A stretch of 64,000 nt of DNA. Source: Trichosphaerium sp. ATCC 40318. Lineage: Eukaryota; Protista; Tubulinea. The position numbers and the translations under genes were made by a program. Location: positions 186,001 through 250,000 of the forward strand of contig JALMLS010000377.1 in assembly GCA_038496445.1 (NCBI GenBank). The letters are read 5' to 3'. Of the stretch, positions 9,565-22,753 are shown piece after piece; within the stretch, counting starts at the first letter, position 1; every line of letters starts with the position of its first letter. Under the pieces are notes generated by a model, which saw only the letters and a list, made by a program, of their open reading frames with translations, was not told where the DNA came from and did not search any database.

Positions 9565-11621
9565 GAAACGAACAATGTTGGCGGTTTTCGCCAATAATAT
9601 TTTTTTTTTTACCAACGATGCCATTTGTGTGAGTGATGAACGCACAACTGTGGCTCCAATTTCTCCATGTACATAAAAAAAAACGTCATCACACCTTGTA
9701 AATACAATGAAAGTTTGAAACCCCAAAACAGAAGTCTTTGTTATTGTCCAAGTTTTTATATAATTGGAGTTCTCTTGTTGTATTTTTAGTTACCGCCACA
9801 ACCGTCATTACTACAAATACAAGAGATAACGTCAAAAACTAGTAATATCGTACACTCCCTAGACGAGTTATGCGTGAACGAATTCTTCAAACGGAAATGT
9901 GGAATATTACATTACTTTGTCATGTCATTATTCCAGCGCTACAACGACCACTCCTCCAGAACTTTATTCTCGCGTCAACACACTCACTGGTATTTTTATT
10001 TGTGCTGTGATTTAACTCTAGCGAGACGCGTTCCGTCCATGATTTTTTTTGGTTAACGGCTATTGCTCTATGAGACGTAAGAGGTAAGTGTCCGTATTTT
10101 TGAGCGTTACGAAACGGATGTTGTTACGTTTACGGTTCCCTGTTTGTTGTTTCGAAACTAGGCCTCGTTTTTAATGACTAAGAACGTCGTAATGTACATA
10201 ACTGCGTGTTTAAATCAGTTCTAATACTTTGTGGTTTTTTTCCCAACTCATTGCGCGTAAACTGACATTTTTACGCTTTAAAAAGAGCGCCAGAAGCTTT
10301 TGGAAACACTTAGAGTGTTTATAAACGGAAAGATCGCTTTCCCGTTTTTCCGCTTTTGATAATGTACAAGGAAAATCGGCGGAAAGTGTAGGGAACTGTA
10401 CCGTGTATTGTAATTTGGCGGTTTTGATAGTTTTAAATAGTGCCCGAGCCATATCAAAAAATCACCGAAAAAACCAAGACGTTAGAGATTAATCACGTGA
10501 TTTTTTCTGTTATTGTATAAAACCTGATATCGTAAGCGTGAGGAATATATTGAGAGTGTTCGGGAGTGTTTTTCTCCGTCGTAACAATGTTTAAAAAAAA
10601 GCAATAGACTAACCGCCAAAAAAAAACTGTTTGTGTCGCCTGCTTTTACGTGTAAAATTTTGCAAAGTGATAGCCAGTGTTATCCCATAGCAGGGTTTAC
10701 CCCAAAACCTCTTGCCAAATAAACAATGGATTGGTGAAACAAGAGAAAAAAAAACTCACAGATTCTGCATGTTTCAATTTTGTTTTTCATATTTGAAGTA
10801 GATACTCATGTGGGTCACAGTCAATAATTTGTAATCCAAATTACTGTATAAGAATTCTACAAGATTCGCTTTATTGCCGAAGAATTAAGGAATGCTCGTG
10901 ATATGGATATGTTTAGTAATGAGGGCGTATAACGTTATAATGCGTAGAACGAAGTATTGCGCTAGGATAATCTGAAATCCAGACCTTTTTTTTTTCGGAG
11001 CAACAATCTCCACGATTTCATATCGTCGCTAGATATTGTACTTACGGTACCTAAACTCGCGCTATTAACTGCAAGTACTTCAAGATATTTTCGGAGTAGG
11101 CACTAAAACTAGAAGTAGAGAAAAGCAAATGTCCGTATATTTGAAGAGGATTCAGATTACTTTGAGGTACTAGCTAACCCACGTGTAACATGTTATTAGG
11201 AGATAAATTAACGTTTGTTTGTTTGAAAATGAAGTAAAAGTCGTTGTCTAGTGAAATATTTGTACGCTTTAAAATATGGCAAGAGCCGAGGACAAGACAA
11301 TTAGAGTAATTACCCTAAGACAGGTGTTAGAAAGGAAAAAAAAAAAAAAAGATAACCTTATTACGAGGAGAAATCGTAAAACAGGTATCACGTCGTGTAG
11401 TTCCACAGTGGGTCATTATTCAAAATACTTAAAAACTATGAACAAGAATGGCAGTTTGGTGCGTAAAAACTAAACGCAGACGTGGTATGTCGACTAAGTT
11501 CGTATTTTACGAAAAAGCGCTCATCACTAGCGAACTGCAAACACTGCGTTACAGCAATCATACTACGTTATTCTAATCAAAGTTTATTGATGAAAGGAAG
11601 AGCATAAAACTCCAAACACTA

Positions 11622-14600
11622 TTAAGAAAAGGCACCAAGGCAACTGTGTGCTGCAGTTTTAACGAGCTCATTTTCTGATTTTGTCAATGCTTTCAATGCA
11701 GGCACAACACCACTCTTCTCAAATGTAGTACGCCTCTTTTTTGCTACAAAGAAACGTCAAAAAAGTGCGGTAACAAAAAAAAACGAAGGTAAAAAAATCG
11801 AAATGGTATTAAGAAAAAAATAAGAAAAACAATGTGTCAAATGACATTTTGACATGTCGTACATTTTGGAACAAGAGCGCCAATCAAAGTAGTAACAGAG
11901 AATTGCAGTTCTGGAGATGTACTGGTAAGCCAAGCTACAAATAGAGGAACATTCTCAGGCGAGTATACATCATTCTGAATACGAACTACAAAAGTTTGTC
12001 AATTCAAGCGTCAAACAAGCCAGAAAAAAATATAATACGTACCATTATCCCTGCATAACGTAGTAATTACGTTGATGATACTAGCAATACAAAGATTGTT
12101 ATTTTTCCATAATTCTAGGAGCTTCATAATATTCGGTATTACTTGACCTTTACGAAGCATATTTTGGATTTTAGCTACAGAAGTTAGATAAGACAACGTT
12201 CGATCTGCACTGCAAAAAACGCACAATCGTTGGCCACCAGCGAATCAATAAGGGAACATAAAGCTATAACTAACTCTTCATCGGTTTCAGCAAGTTTTAA
12301 TAAACCATTAAGCGCTACAAAGAGATAAGAATTATCATAAAATTTGATCATAAAAGTTTACAGCTGACATCCCAATTGCTCATGAACTTAACAGCTTCCT
12401 TTTGATTTGGGGCCTTTAATATCTCTGCAAGAGCAGCGCACACATTTCTAACAATAACGTAAGGATACATCACACTAAGAAAAGAGAGAAAAAAATAACA
12501 AACCTTAGCACTGATACATCAGGATCACTCAACAGGTCTTTCATAACTACAGTTCCACCTTTTTGTACTACAGCTGTACGGAACTTACCTTTAAAGCAAG
12601 ATAAGATTCAACTCCATAATACTCTATCACATACCGTTGTCCTTTGCAAGCCCAAGTAAAGCCCAAGCAGCACTTGATTTGATAATATTCGTGCGTCCGG
12701 TCTATTAAAAAGTAAACGCTTTATTTCGCAACACTAATCAAAAAGGAGTTACCTGCATTGCGCTCAAGAACGCTTCAATGCCACCTGCCTCGCTAATGAG
12801 TTTTTGTAAAGACCCTAAAATGAATGTTATGTATTATTAGGTTGGCGTGGACATACCAATTACTTGTAGGTCCGCATTATCTCCCTTTGTAAGTACAAGA
12901 CCGAACAAGTCCAATACTCTCTCACCAACATTTTTGTTTCCTATCAATGATACTAGTAACTCAATACGACCAGAAGCCATCAAGTGGGCACGTTCATCAA
13001 CTAGGAAAAAAAATTAGCACTGGTACGTTTAAACAAGAGTAAAATCTCTTTCTAGTCTCGTACCAGTAACCAGACGCTTTGCCATTAGATTAAGAGTCTT
13101 ACGAGTAGCCTTTGGTTTACTATCTTTGCATTTTTCCAACTCCGCAAATAACTCGCCGATAGACTTTTTACCTTTTGTTTTAGTACCACGATTTTCCGCT
13201 CTTATCACAACGTTACACCAAAATTAAAATAAATAAGTGGCTACCTCTTTTTCATCTCTTCTGGAGGATCTAGAGCTTCGGATGCCTCTCGTGTAACCTC
13301 AGAGAATCCAAGGCCTTTCATCATCTCAAGTATAGCAACAACTGAGTCATCCTTTATTCTAGCTGTTGTGTGCTCTATAACCACAAATGAGTTCGGGGAT
13401 GCATTGTTTTGATAAATAACATACCGTATTGTGCCATATTGTTATAACCAATAGAAGCAATAAGACAACGCTCTTCATCTTCAGTTTCAGCAAAATGCTT
13501 TAATTCATTAAGAATCTGATTAACTTCATCATCGTTATCACACCAAATTGCCAAATTAGCAATAGCCATCATAGCTTTAGGCTCAGTACTGCACATTCTA
13601 CAAAAAACAATCAATATAAAAAAAATCCCATAGAAACGGTTTTATCATACTTCAAGAGGTGCTTAATGGCACATGCAGCTATGCCACGTACTTTATCGTA
13701 CTCTACAAAAAAAGTAAACAAACAAAAGTGGAGAAACCAAAACATGAAGAAAAGTGGTGTACTTGACAAAGAGACGTTGTAAAATGCGTGTAAGGCTTCT
13801 TTGCTTAGCGTCTCGTCTTCTGCAAGCAAGTATGAAATAAGTAGATCAATGTCGATTTTTTTCATTTTATCTTCTCCTCCTATTGTATCACGTGTTTTAG
13901 CAAACGCGTAACGTTTTTAAAATACGTACCACATAATGCTATGTTAGCATACGCTGCAGCAACTTCTTGTTTAACTTGCAAGTCCATGGTCTAGAGACGT
14001 GATAAATAGGAGTTTATACTAAACGAAACCACGCACGTTTCCCAGACTGCGCAATAGGTCCAAACCGCCATCCTTTGCTACGCGATAGCCGACATCATCT
14101 ATGTACATAATCAGTTTGTGTAAAAGAACCAGGGAAGTAAATACGTACCGTTAATTGCTAGTGTGGCCATAAGAATGGCTATAGATTGAGGAGATGGTCC
14201 GTCTCCTTCTAGGAGATCCATTATCTTTGGCCATTCCAGTTTTCTGATGAGGCGTTCCTCTAATACATTAGATTAATAACAATAAAAAGGATTACAACGG
14301 AAAACGTTCAGGCACGTACCATTAGATACGGAGAGCGTAGCTAGGAGCCACACAGCTTCTGCGCGAACTTTAGGGTGTTGAAAGCTTATGATAGTGCTCA
14401 AATGTTGAAAACAATCATCGGTCAAGCCAGTATTTCCGCGCTCATCGGGTTTTATCCCATCCAAGATCGCTTGTGCCGCTTTCTTTAGTTTGTCGTTATT
14501 AAAAGACGCCAAATACTCTAAAGAGAGTTTGGCGATATCTGCTGCGCCGTCTATATGTTTTGCCATTAGTAATTCACATTCAGTTGTTTTGTTCGTTTTT

Positions 14601-15384
14601 TTTGTGTTCTTTTCTTTTCTTTTAATATTACGTTGTTTTGAGCGTACCGGTTGGATCGAACGAGTAAGGAAACCCTTCCAAGCGTTTATTCTTTCGTCTG
14701 CCACTTCTCTTACTACGCGAACTCTTACGAGAGCGTGTACTCTTTGGTTGCTTCAGCGATTCAGCTTCTAAACTTGTCAGTTAATGCGTCAGTTTTCAGT
14801 TGGTACTTTTCGGCGTCAAAGCTAATGGGGGAAGCTCTCTTGCTGTATCTGCGCTATGGCTCCTGCGTGCAGGTAACTCTGGAGTGGTAAGCGTTGTTGC
14901 AACTACATTTGTCAGAAAGTAGTTACAGTGGCTATTGTGTACGCATGGGTGGCCTGGTAGGCACTGCTGGCGCTGTGGAAGTGCTTTGCGTATCTTGTGA
15001 ACAGTCTTCGTCAAAGCTACCTTCGTTAGCGTACTCTTCCTCTCCATAGTCTTCCTCTGCGTATTCTTCATCGTATTCTTCTTCACCGTACTCCTCGTCA
15101 TATTCTTCCTCACCATACTCTTCTTCTGCGTATTCCTCCTCTCCATACTCCTCTTCTGCGTATTCTTCATCGTATTCTTCCTCAGCATACTCCTCTGCGT
15201 ATTCTTCATCATATTCTTCTTCTCCATACTCTTCCTCTGCGTATTCTTCCTCTCCATACTCTTCCTCAGCGTACTCTTCTTGCAACTGTTCGCCTGATTG
15301 GGAGGCTGCCATACCAGAGTCTTCACCAGATGGTGCTGCTGGGAAAGTAACTGGCGAAGGTGGAGCCTTTGTAGGCCTGCTCAT
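11622..15384 (-). CDS. Armadillo-repeat protein with N-terminal Glu/Tyr-rich repeat and coiled coil, many exons
   Basis: ARM-like exons (VRAEAVWLLATLS, KDGGLDLL, ISEAGGIEAFL, SSAAWALLGLA, VQKGGTVVMKDLL); ORF 14932-15384 supplies the start. Confidence 0.8.
15030..15281 (-). repeat. Coding minisatellite, ~15-bp unit encoding EEEY(A/G/D)
   Basis: About 17 copies of EE(E)Y[AGD] in ORF 14932-15384. Confidence 0.9.
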
Positions 15385-15495
15385 TGCGCTTTAATGTTAA
15401 AACTACCAGTTTACGAGAACCGCGAAAATTGTGTGAGTTTCCGTTTTAAGTTCGCTTGTCAGCATCTGCACTTTTTCTTTGCATAGACTATAAAC

Positions 15496-15727
15496 ATGGA
15501 CGAGACCAATGGGAAGCGCTATGCGCAAGCACAGATCAAATATGATGATTATGAACAGGAAGGAAACGAGTATACCCAACGTGAGCTTAAAAAGCTTCTC
15601 GATCATATTAGACGCAATCCAGCCGCAATTGGAACAAGTACGTCAGTCTGCTGAGTACAAAACTGTTCTGTTTATTGTGCATCCCTTTGCTTTGCCTTTA
15701 GTGTACAAGTGTATACAACAGCTATAA
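15496..15727 (+). CDS. Small 2-exon protein (~56 aa)
   Basis: MDETNGKRYAQAQIKYDDYEQEGNEYTQRELKKLLDHIRRNPAAIGT, then a GTACGT...TAG intron, then YKCIQQL*. Divergent from the ARM gene with 112 bp between ATGs. Confidence 0.5.
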
Positions 15728-15955
15728 TTTTAACCAACTGCAGCAATCAAAATATAATTATTTGTCAAATACGCCTAATCACAGGCTAAACTAAACATTA
15801 TTCAATAACTTTGGCGCGAAACCCAAAAAAGTCGCAAAAAACTTTCCAAACTGATAGCCCACTGATTATCTTGTTGTTTTCATCTCCACGCAGTAAACCA
15901 ACATGATTAACACTATTTTTAAGCTAAATACTACAACCACTTTGTTTCACCTCAA

Positions 15956-17135
15956 ATGATCCGAGACGCCATAGTGCGTGGTGTTATTGCTGGTATTGTT
16001 GTATTGTACATAATCGTTATTAGCTCTCAGGTACGCTGTTCAGCCACGTGCAAGTATATAATCATTTTTAACTTCAATTTTCAGAAAATCAACGTTGAAG
16101 CATTCCTTTCATTCCGTCGCCCAATGATCTCAAAGGCTCTATACGAACGTGCTGTGTGCGAACCACTACGTAATTTTATGCCTGCTCTTCTTGCAGCAAT
16201 AGGTACGATAACTACTTTTGACTCCACGAGCGTTTTTTTCTTTAGCTTTATTCTGCGTTTTTATTGACTCTGACTTTTTTGTAGTGCCATTCATAATGTG
16301 GTTCATGCTCATGTCTTTCAAAAATTACTTGCTATCCGTACCGCACCGCTCTCGGCTTGGTAGTTCCAATAAACCTCCTCAAGTCGGCTGGCAAAAAGTT
16401 ATCGCCTACGCTTTTGTTTCTTCCATTCTCCCTATCATTGCAACTTTTTGTGTATGTTTTTATTCATTTATGCCATTCTAATAGACTTTAGTTCACCTTT
16501 GTTGTGCTTAGAGGTATCTTACCTCAATCACAAAGTATGTGCTACGCAGTTGTAGAGCGCTTGGCAGACTCTGATCTTGCAAACACGAAATGTACGTTTG
16601 TTGCTTTTTTTTGGATATCCTGTCCAAAACAAGAAAGTCTCGTTTTAGTTTCTCTGACGAATTGTAGCTTTGATTTTTGGTAACTTATTCTTGAGCTTGA
16701 GCGAGTTCATATACAAAGGCATATTCGAAGAAGTCATGTTTTTCCACAGTGTTGATACTCATGTATTATTCACTTTCACCTTGTATTTTTACTGTCTATA
16801 CCGTGCATTCTTTGTGGTGGGCTACAACTTTCTCACACAACCGTACATGCAATCACTATACGCTTGGGCACCAGCTTCTTTGCTTGGCATCTTTTTCGCC
16901 TTAGGTACGAAGGAGAACTGATTTTTACAGAAGATTGTTCACTAATGTTTTTTTTACAGTTGTGAAAGTAAGCTACGGTGAAGTCTTGCTATTGACTTTG
17001 GGTGTCAACTCATTATTGAATCAAGTCAATTTTATTGCCGATAAATACTTCAACGAACCAGAAGTTGTTCAAGAGATAACTGTAAGCAGTGACATAGATG
17101 ACAACGGTATTGTATTCTCCGATGAAGAAGAATAA
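15956..17135 (+). CDS. Multi-pass membrane protein of unknown function, multi-exon
   Basis: Successive hydrophobic ORF segments 15956-16267, 16218-16481, 16670-16921 and 16935-17135 separated by GT-AG introns; acidic C-terminus. Confidence 0.7.
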
Positions 17136-17276
17136 ACAAACTTCAAAAAACAATACAAAATCGTTTACGTCGATGGTTGCGCCTAATATTTCGTGATAAG
17201 TTATCTTGTGTACAAGTGTACTTATGCACGTGCTATAATTTGACTACAGGAAGCTATTATTACACTGCTTGAGATT

Positions 17277-18415
17277 TTATTTTACTTTGACACTTTTAAT
17301 TTGTTTGAAAAATCTTTGTAAAATTGTTTGGCTTGATGCTCCGCTGACATTTCACGTGGATCTACACTTTTCATTTCACTATGAGATATAGCAATCTTAG
17401 TTTTATTTTGTAAACATACGAGCGCCTAAAACAAATAAGTAAGAGAACTACAACACGGACAGTATTCGAAAAATATCATTGATTGATTAAAAGTATGATT
17501 TCTGGTATCTAGTGGCGTACCTGCTCGCATCCGAGTTCTAAAATTACACCATAATCTTCCCATGTACCACTACAATAAACTAAAGCACCAACAAAGATAC
17601 AGATCTTCTTCAATTTCGTCATAATTTGATATCGCTCTTTTTTACTATATTTCTTGCTGTCACGTAGTTTTCCTGGTTTAGGTTTTGCCCCTAAGCCAAG
17701 GCGTACTGGTCTTATACTAGGTTCATATGTGCCTGGGTCACTAAAGGTTTAGGGTAAGAATAAATCGAACTCAAATCATTTTCTTATTTTTATTTCAAAA
17801 TCGTTTTCAACAAAACGCCACGTACGTTGTGCAGTGTTTACCAATACCATCACCAGGTTTCCATCCCATTCCACGTAATAGTGCAGCGCCATATCCTTCT
17901 ACTGATGTACTTTTGTATGCGTTAACGTCATAATCAGGAAGATTTTGCAAGTCTTTTGTCAAAATGTCTTTTTCTGTTTTAGCATTTTCTGAAGCTTTTA
18001 TGCGTTTTGATATGAAGTTTGGGGCGTTTTCATCATTTTCAACGTCAGTGTCAATATCCATGGCATTTTGTTTACTGGATGGCATTTGAAGACCGTGAGC
18101 TTTATTGTTTAATAGGAAGGAGTTCAATGATGCATCTGGGGTGTCATCTATTGGTTCTGTAGAATTTTGTTTTGTTTTTGGTTTTATGAGCTCTCCTGTG
18201 CGTGAATCTGATAGTGGTATGACTTTTACTTCGTTTGTACTAAAAAAAGACGTTAAACAACAAGAAATTGGCGTTAAACTATACCTATCGCCACTGGTAC
18301 TGTGTTGTACTACTTCAGCATCAATTTCATCGTCTGTTTCTTCCCGCGCGAATATGCGCTTTCTTTGTTTAACAGCTGGAATTGAAAAGCTTAGTGTTGT
18401 TTGCTCGTTACTCAT
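17277..18415 (-). CDS. Spp2/MOS2-type G-patch splicing factor
   Basis: YKSTSVEGYGAALLRGMGWKPGDGIGK...PSIRPVRLGLGAKP is the Spp2/GPKOW G-patch signature. Confidence 0.8.
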
Positions 18416-18816
18416 TGCTTGATTATATGTACAACTAAGTAGAAGCAATGCTAAAGATTGCAAAAAGCATTGAAATTTCGCTTTTTTGGCTTCGTAATTG
18501 TTGATGTTCTTGTCGTTTCCAAAAATACACTTAATACAGGTGTCCATTGTCACGGCAAGACTTCAAAACATTTGCTACAAATACGTTTGCACTCTTGCAA
18601 ACACGTGCACTTTTGTTGTACACATGCTTGTAGTACTTAAAATCAAGCGTACCAATGCCATGCACAAATGAACAAATAGACGGATCTCTACATAGCATTG
18701 AAAACGACCAATTGGGTATAACGTAAGGCTCAATTGACGTTTATTAACTGTGACTAGGAGTTGCTACAAACAAATACGGTAATGTTTATTGCATGTACGA
18801 AGTTATTTTTAAACAG

Positions 18817-20486
18817 TTAATACTCATAATCCACCCACATATTATCGGCATTCCAATGGCGCATTATTAATTCGCCCATTTCGCTCACCACACCCTTGCG
18901 ATTCCAACATGTATATTCCCCTTTGCGTATGTTATTAACATATCTTGACAGCTCCTTCAATTGGCCATTCTGATGCCATGCCCTAAAGTCGCCATGTAGT
19001 TCGCCTTGGTGATAAGTGTTATGCAATTCTAATTGCCCATTCTCATACCACTCTTTGTGGTCTCCTTCACGTTTACCATTTTGATAAACGCTAAACACTT
19101 TCAATTGACCATGCTCATACCATTCTTTAAAATCGCCATGTAGTTCATTAAGGTGATGAGCGGACTCTGACTTTACTAATCCACTTTCATACCATACCTT
19201 TCGCTTTCCTTCTCGTTTATTATTGAGCATGAAAACTGATTCGCGTATTTGACCATTCTTGTACCAACATTTTTTCTCTCCTACAGTCTTACTTTTGACA
19301 ACAAAATAGTGCCTATGTATTTGACCGTTGTTAAACCACTCCACTTGCTTCCCTTCTCTTTTGCCGTTTACATAATAATACTCTGTCCTCAACAGGCCAT
19401 TTTGATACCATTCTTTGAAATCTCCTTCTGGTTCCTCACTGCTCTGGAGATAGTAGGAATGCGACTTCAGTTGGCCATTTTCATACCAATGTCTTGACAC
19501 TATTCTGCCATTTACACGGTTCAACTCATAGCTCACTTGACCATGTTCAAACCATCCTTTTGCAGTTCCAATTTGCTTGCCTTTGGTGTAGCGGGCATGT
19601 GTGGATATTTGGCCATTGTAATACCATTCTTTGAGGTCACTATCATAAGCATCATCTACGAACATAGCGTGTTTCGCTAGTTGTTTATTGTCATGCCAGA
19701 AATTGTACTCACCTTCTAGTTTAGCATTTGTATAGTAGCAATGTACCTTTAGTTCACCATTCTCATACCACTCTGTAGCTTCCCCATTTAGCTTGCCGTT
19801 AATATAACTGCATTGCATGTGGAGTTGTCCGTTTGAGTACCACGCTTTGTATCCTCCCACACATAGTTCACGTCGTTTTCCTTTATGGTGCCACTCCCTG
19901 TCTACATCTTGTTCGACATCTGCGAACGTGCAATGTAGCTCCAGTTGACCGTTTTCAAACCATTGTTTGTTCTCTCCATCTCGTTTTCCATTTACATATG
20001 TACGTTGTATTTCCAGTTGGCCATTGTCATACCATTGTTTGTACTCGCCATGTTGTTTACCATTGAGACATGAGCATTGTATCCATAGTTCACCATTGTC
20101 GTGCCACTCTTTATACATACCATGCATCTTACCATGTCTCCAGTGTTCTTGACGTATGATTGTAGATGTCAATATGATATTGTTGTCCTCACACATGTCG
20201 TCTTGATACTCAACTCTAAATTGCTTCCATTTTCCATGTTTCTTCAAATTATCATCAAATCTCGTTGATGTTGCTGCTTGTTTTGAAAGCAATGGCCATT
20301 TTAAGAACACTTCAGGATCTAGATCGATAATATCAAGTTGTAACTCCATTGGAAGGTTTAACAATCGATTGTTGTTATCTTGTATTGATGTATTTATCTA
20401 TTTGCAGCTTTATTAGCTCACAATAAAGTCTACGATTACAACTAGAAAGTAGAATTATTTACCTTTTTATTGAGAAAAGGTTCCAT
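18817..20486 (-). CDS. F-box-like + MORN-variant repeat protein, copy C
   Basis: Exon 1 20463-20486 (MEPFLNKK), intron 20398-20462, then ORF 18817-20364. N-terminus nearly identical to copy A; distal repeats divergent. Confidence 0.9.
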
Positions 20487-20879
20487 AGTACAGTATAAGC
20501 GCTCACCTGAGGTGTTTTCCCTTTTTTTTGGATAAAGGGTTTTCAATCAAGCTCCTTCCTGATTGAAAAAAACGTCTTTCAAAATCCAACTTGTACACTC
20601 TTTTCTTATATAACTAATGTTTACTGCAACCAAGAGTACTCCAATTTTAGGTTTTGGAGTGACAAATCTAACATGTGCTTTGTTGTAAGCATTTCAAACT
20701 TAGGAAAGCCATTGTATCTGAACCAAAAATTTAAACGGAAACAGTTTGCAAAATGTAAGATGTTTAATCTTAATTTTTCAATGTACATACAATTATTTAC
20801 GTTTACGGCACAGGGTAGCAGGAGCAATCATACCATACAGAAGTAAATCAATATCTTTGAACACGTGGGTGCTGACAAT

Positions 20880-22465
20880 TTACACATTGTTATGGCTGTG
20901 CCAAAAATTTTGATGCCTTATCCTGGACTCTTCTACCATTTCGTCATTGACATAGTCGTATTGAATTGCCAATTGTCCATTATACGACATTTTATACTCC
21001 CCTTCTTTTTTACCATTGATGACAAAATACTCTATCAACAATTGACCACCGCCATTACACTCTTTGACAATTCCTTCTGTTTTGTCATTGATCTTGAAAC
21101 ACTCACGTAACAATTTACCATTGTGATTCCATTCCATCCTTTTTCCTTCTTGTTTACCATTTACAAAGTAACACTGTTCACTCAATTGGCCATTTTCATA
21201 CCAGGTATTGAGTTTTCCTTCTCTTATTCCATGGACAAAGTGGGATTTCTGTGACATTTGGCCGTTTTCCCACATTATAGTTTCTCCTTCTTGTAAGCCT
21301 TTCACATAATTACACTTGTAATTCACGTTACCATTTTCACACCAATCCATACGCTTTCCATCCATTTTATCATTCACATAGAATATCTCAGTCTTCAATT
21401 GGCCATTTTCATACCAACTTCTCAACTTCCCTTCCCGTTTGCCATTTACAAAAACTACCTTAAGCTCCATTTGGCCATTTTCATACCAGAGAATACCCTC
21501 TCCTTCATACTTGCCATTTACAAGATTTTCCTTAAGCTTCAATTGGCCGTTTTCAAACCACTCGTTGGTATCTCCATCTCGTTTACCATTGTCGCAATGC
21601 CAATGGTGTGACAACTGACCATTTTCATGCCAAAACTTGACTTCACCTTCACAAACGCCATTCACATACCTAACATGTTCACTTAATGTCCATTTCCATC
21701 TATTTTGCCGTTGAAATAATTACAATGTACTTCTAATTGTCCGTTTGGATACCATGCCTTGTAGTCACCTGCACACTCGTCATGCAACTGTGAAATTGTA
21801 CGTTTTTTCTCTACATCTTGTTGACCATCAACATATGTACATTGTATTTGTAGTTGGCCATTGTCGTGCCATTGTTTGTAGTCTCCATCAAGCTTACCAT
21901 TGATACAGAAACTTTGCATCCACAATTGACCATTTTCATGCCATTGATAATTGTCTCCTTCTTTTATACCATTTACATACATACATCGCAGTTCCACTTG
22001 GCCATTGTCATACCATTGTTTGTACTCGCCATGTTGTTTACCATTGAGACATGAGCATTGTATCCATAGTTCACCATTGTCGTGCCACTCTTTATACATA
22101 CCATGCATCTTACCATGTATCCAGTGCTCTTGACGTATGATTGTAGATGTCAAAATGATATTGTTGTCCTCATACATGTCGTCTTGATACTCAACTCTAA
22201 ACTGCTTCCATTTTCCATGTTTCTTCAAATTATCATCAAATCTCGTTGATGTTGCTGCTTGTTTTGAAAGCAATGGCCATTTTAAGTACACTTCGGGATC
22301 TAGATCGATAATATCAAGTTGCAACTCCATTGGAAGGTTTAACAATTGATTGTTGTTATCTTGTATTGATGTAATCATCTATTTGCCGAGTATTAGTAAA
22401 CAACTGTTGCCTTGCAATAAAATAGATTACACAGCATTTACCTTTTGTTTGTGAGATGGTTTCAT
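20880..22465 (-). pseudogene. F-box-like + MORN-variant repeat gene, copy D, frameshifted
   Basis: Exon 1 22442-22465, intron 22379-22441. ORFs 21683-22378 and 20880-21665 are consecutive parts of one gene. Relative to copy E, ~31 codons plus 1 nt are missing near 21690. Confidence 0.8.
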
Positions 22466-22753
22466 AATATTGTTAGGTCTCTAGTTGTGTATTGGTTATT
22501 TCTGTAGTGTTGCGTTCCTTGTGCGTTTAGCAAATAAAATTACTATTATTTCAATCAACTTAAACAACCTTTGATTGATCAATCTACTTTCAAACAAAAT
22601 ATAAACTGATAATTAACCAAATATCGTTTATTACTGAGTATATGTGAATGTCCTTCTGTTTTAGATTATCAAATGTCGATTGACAATTTATTTTCACATT
22701 GCCTGGATAGTGTACATTTTTTGTTGGCTTGTATTTTTTTGAGTTTGGTATTT

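Noticed and set aside
15030-15281. CRISPR-like periodicity
   Set aside because: Contiguous coding tandem repeat without unique spacers; no cas genes; eukaryotic context.
14796-15326. 176-aa K/R/M/N-rich ORF
   Set aside because: Alternative frame of the EEEY minisatellite.
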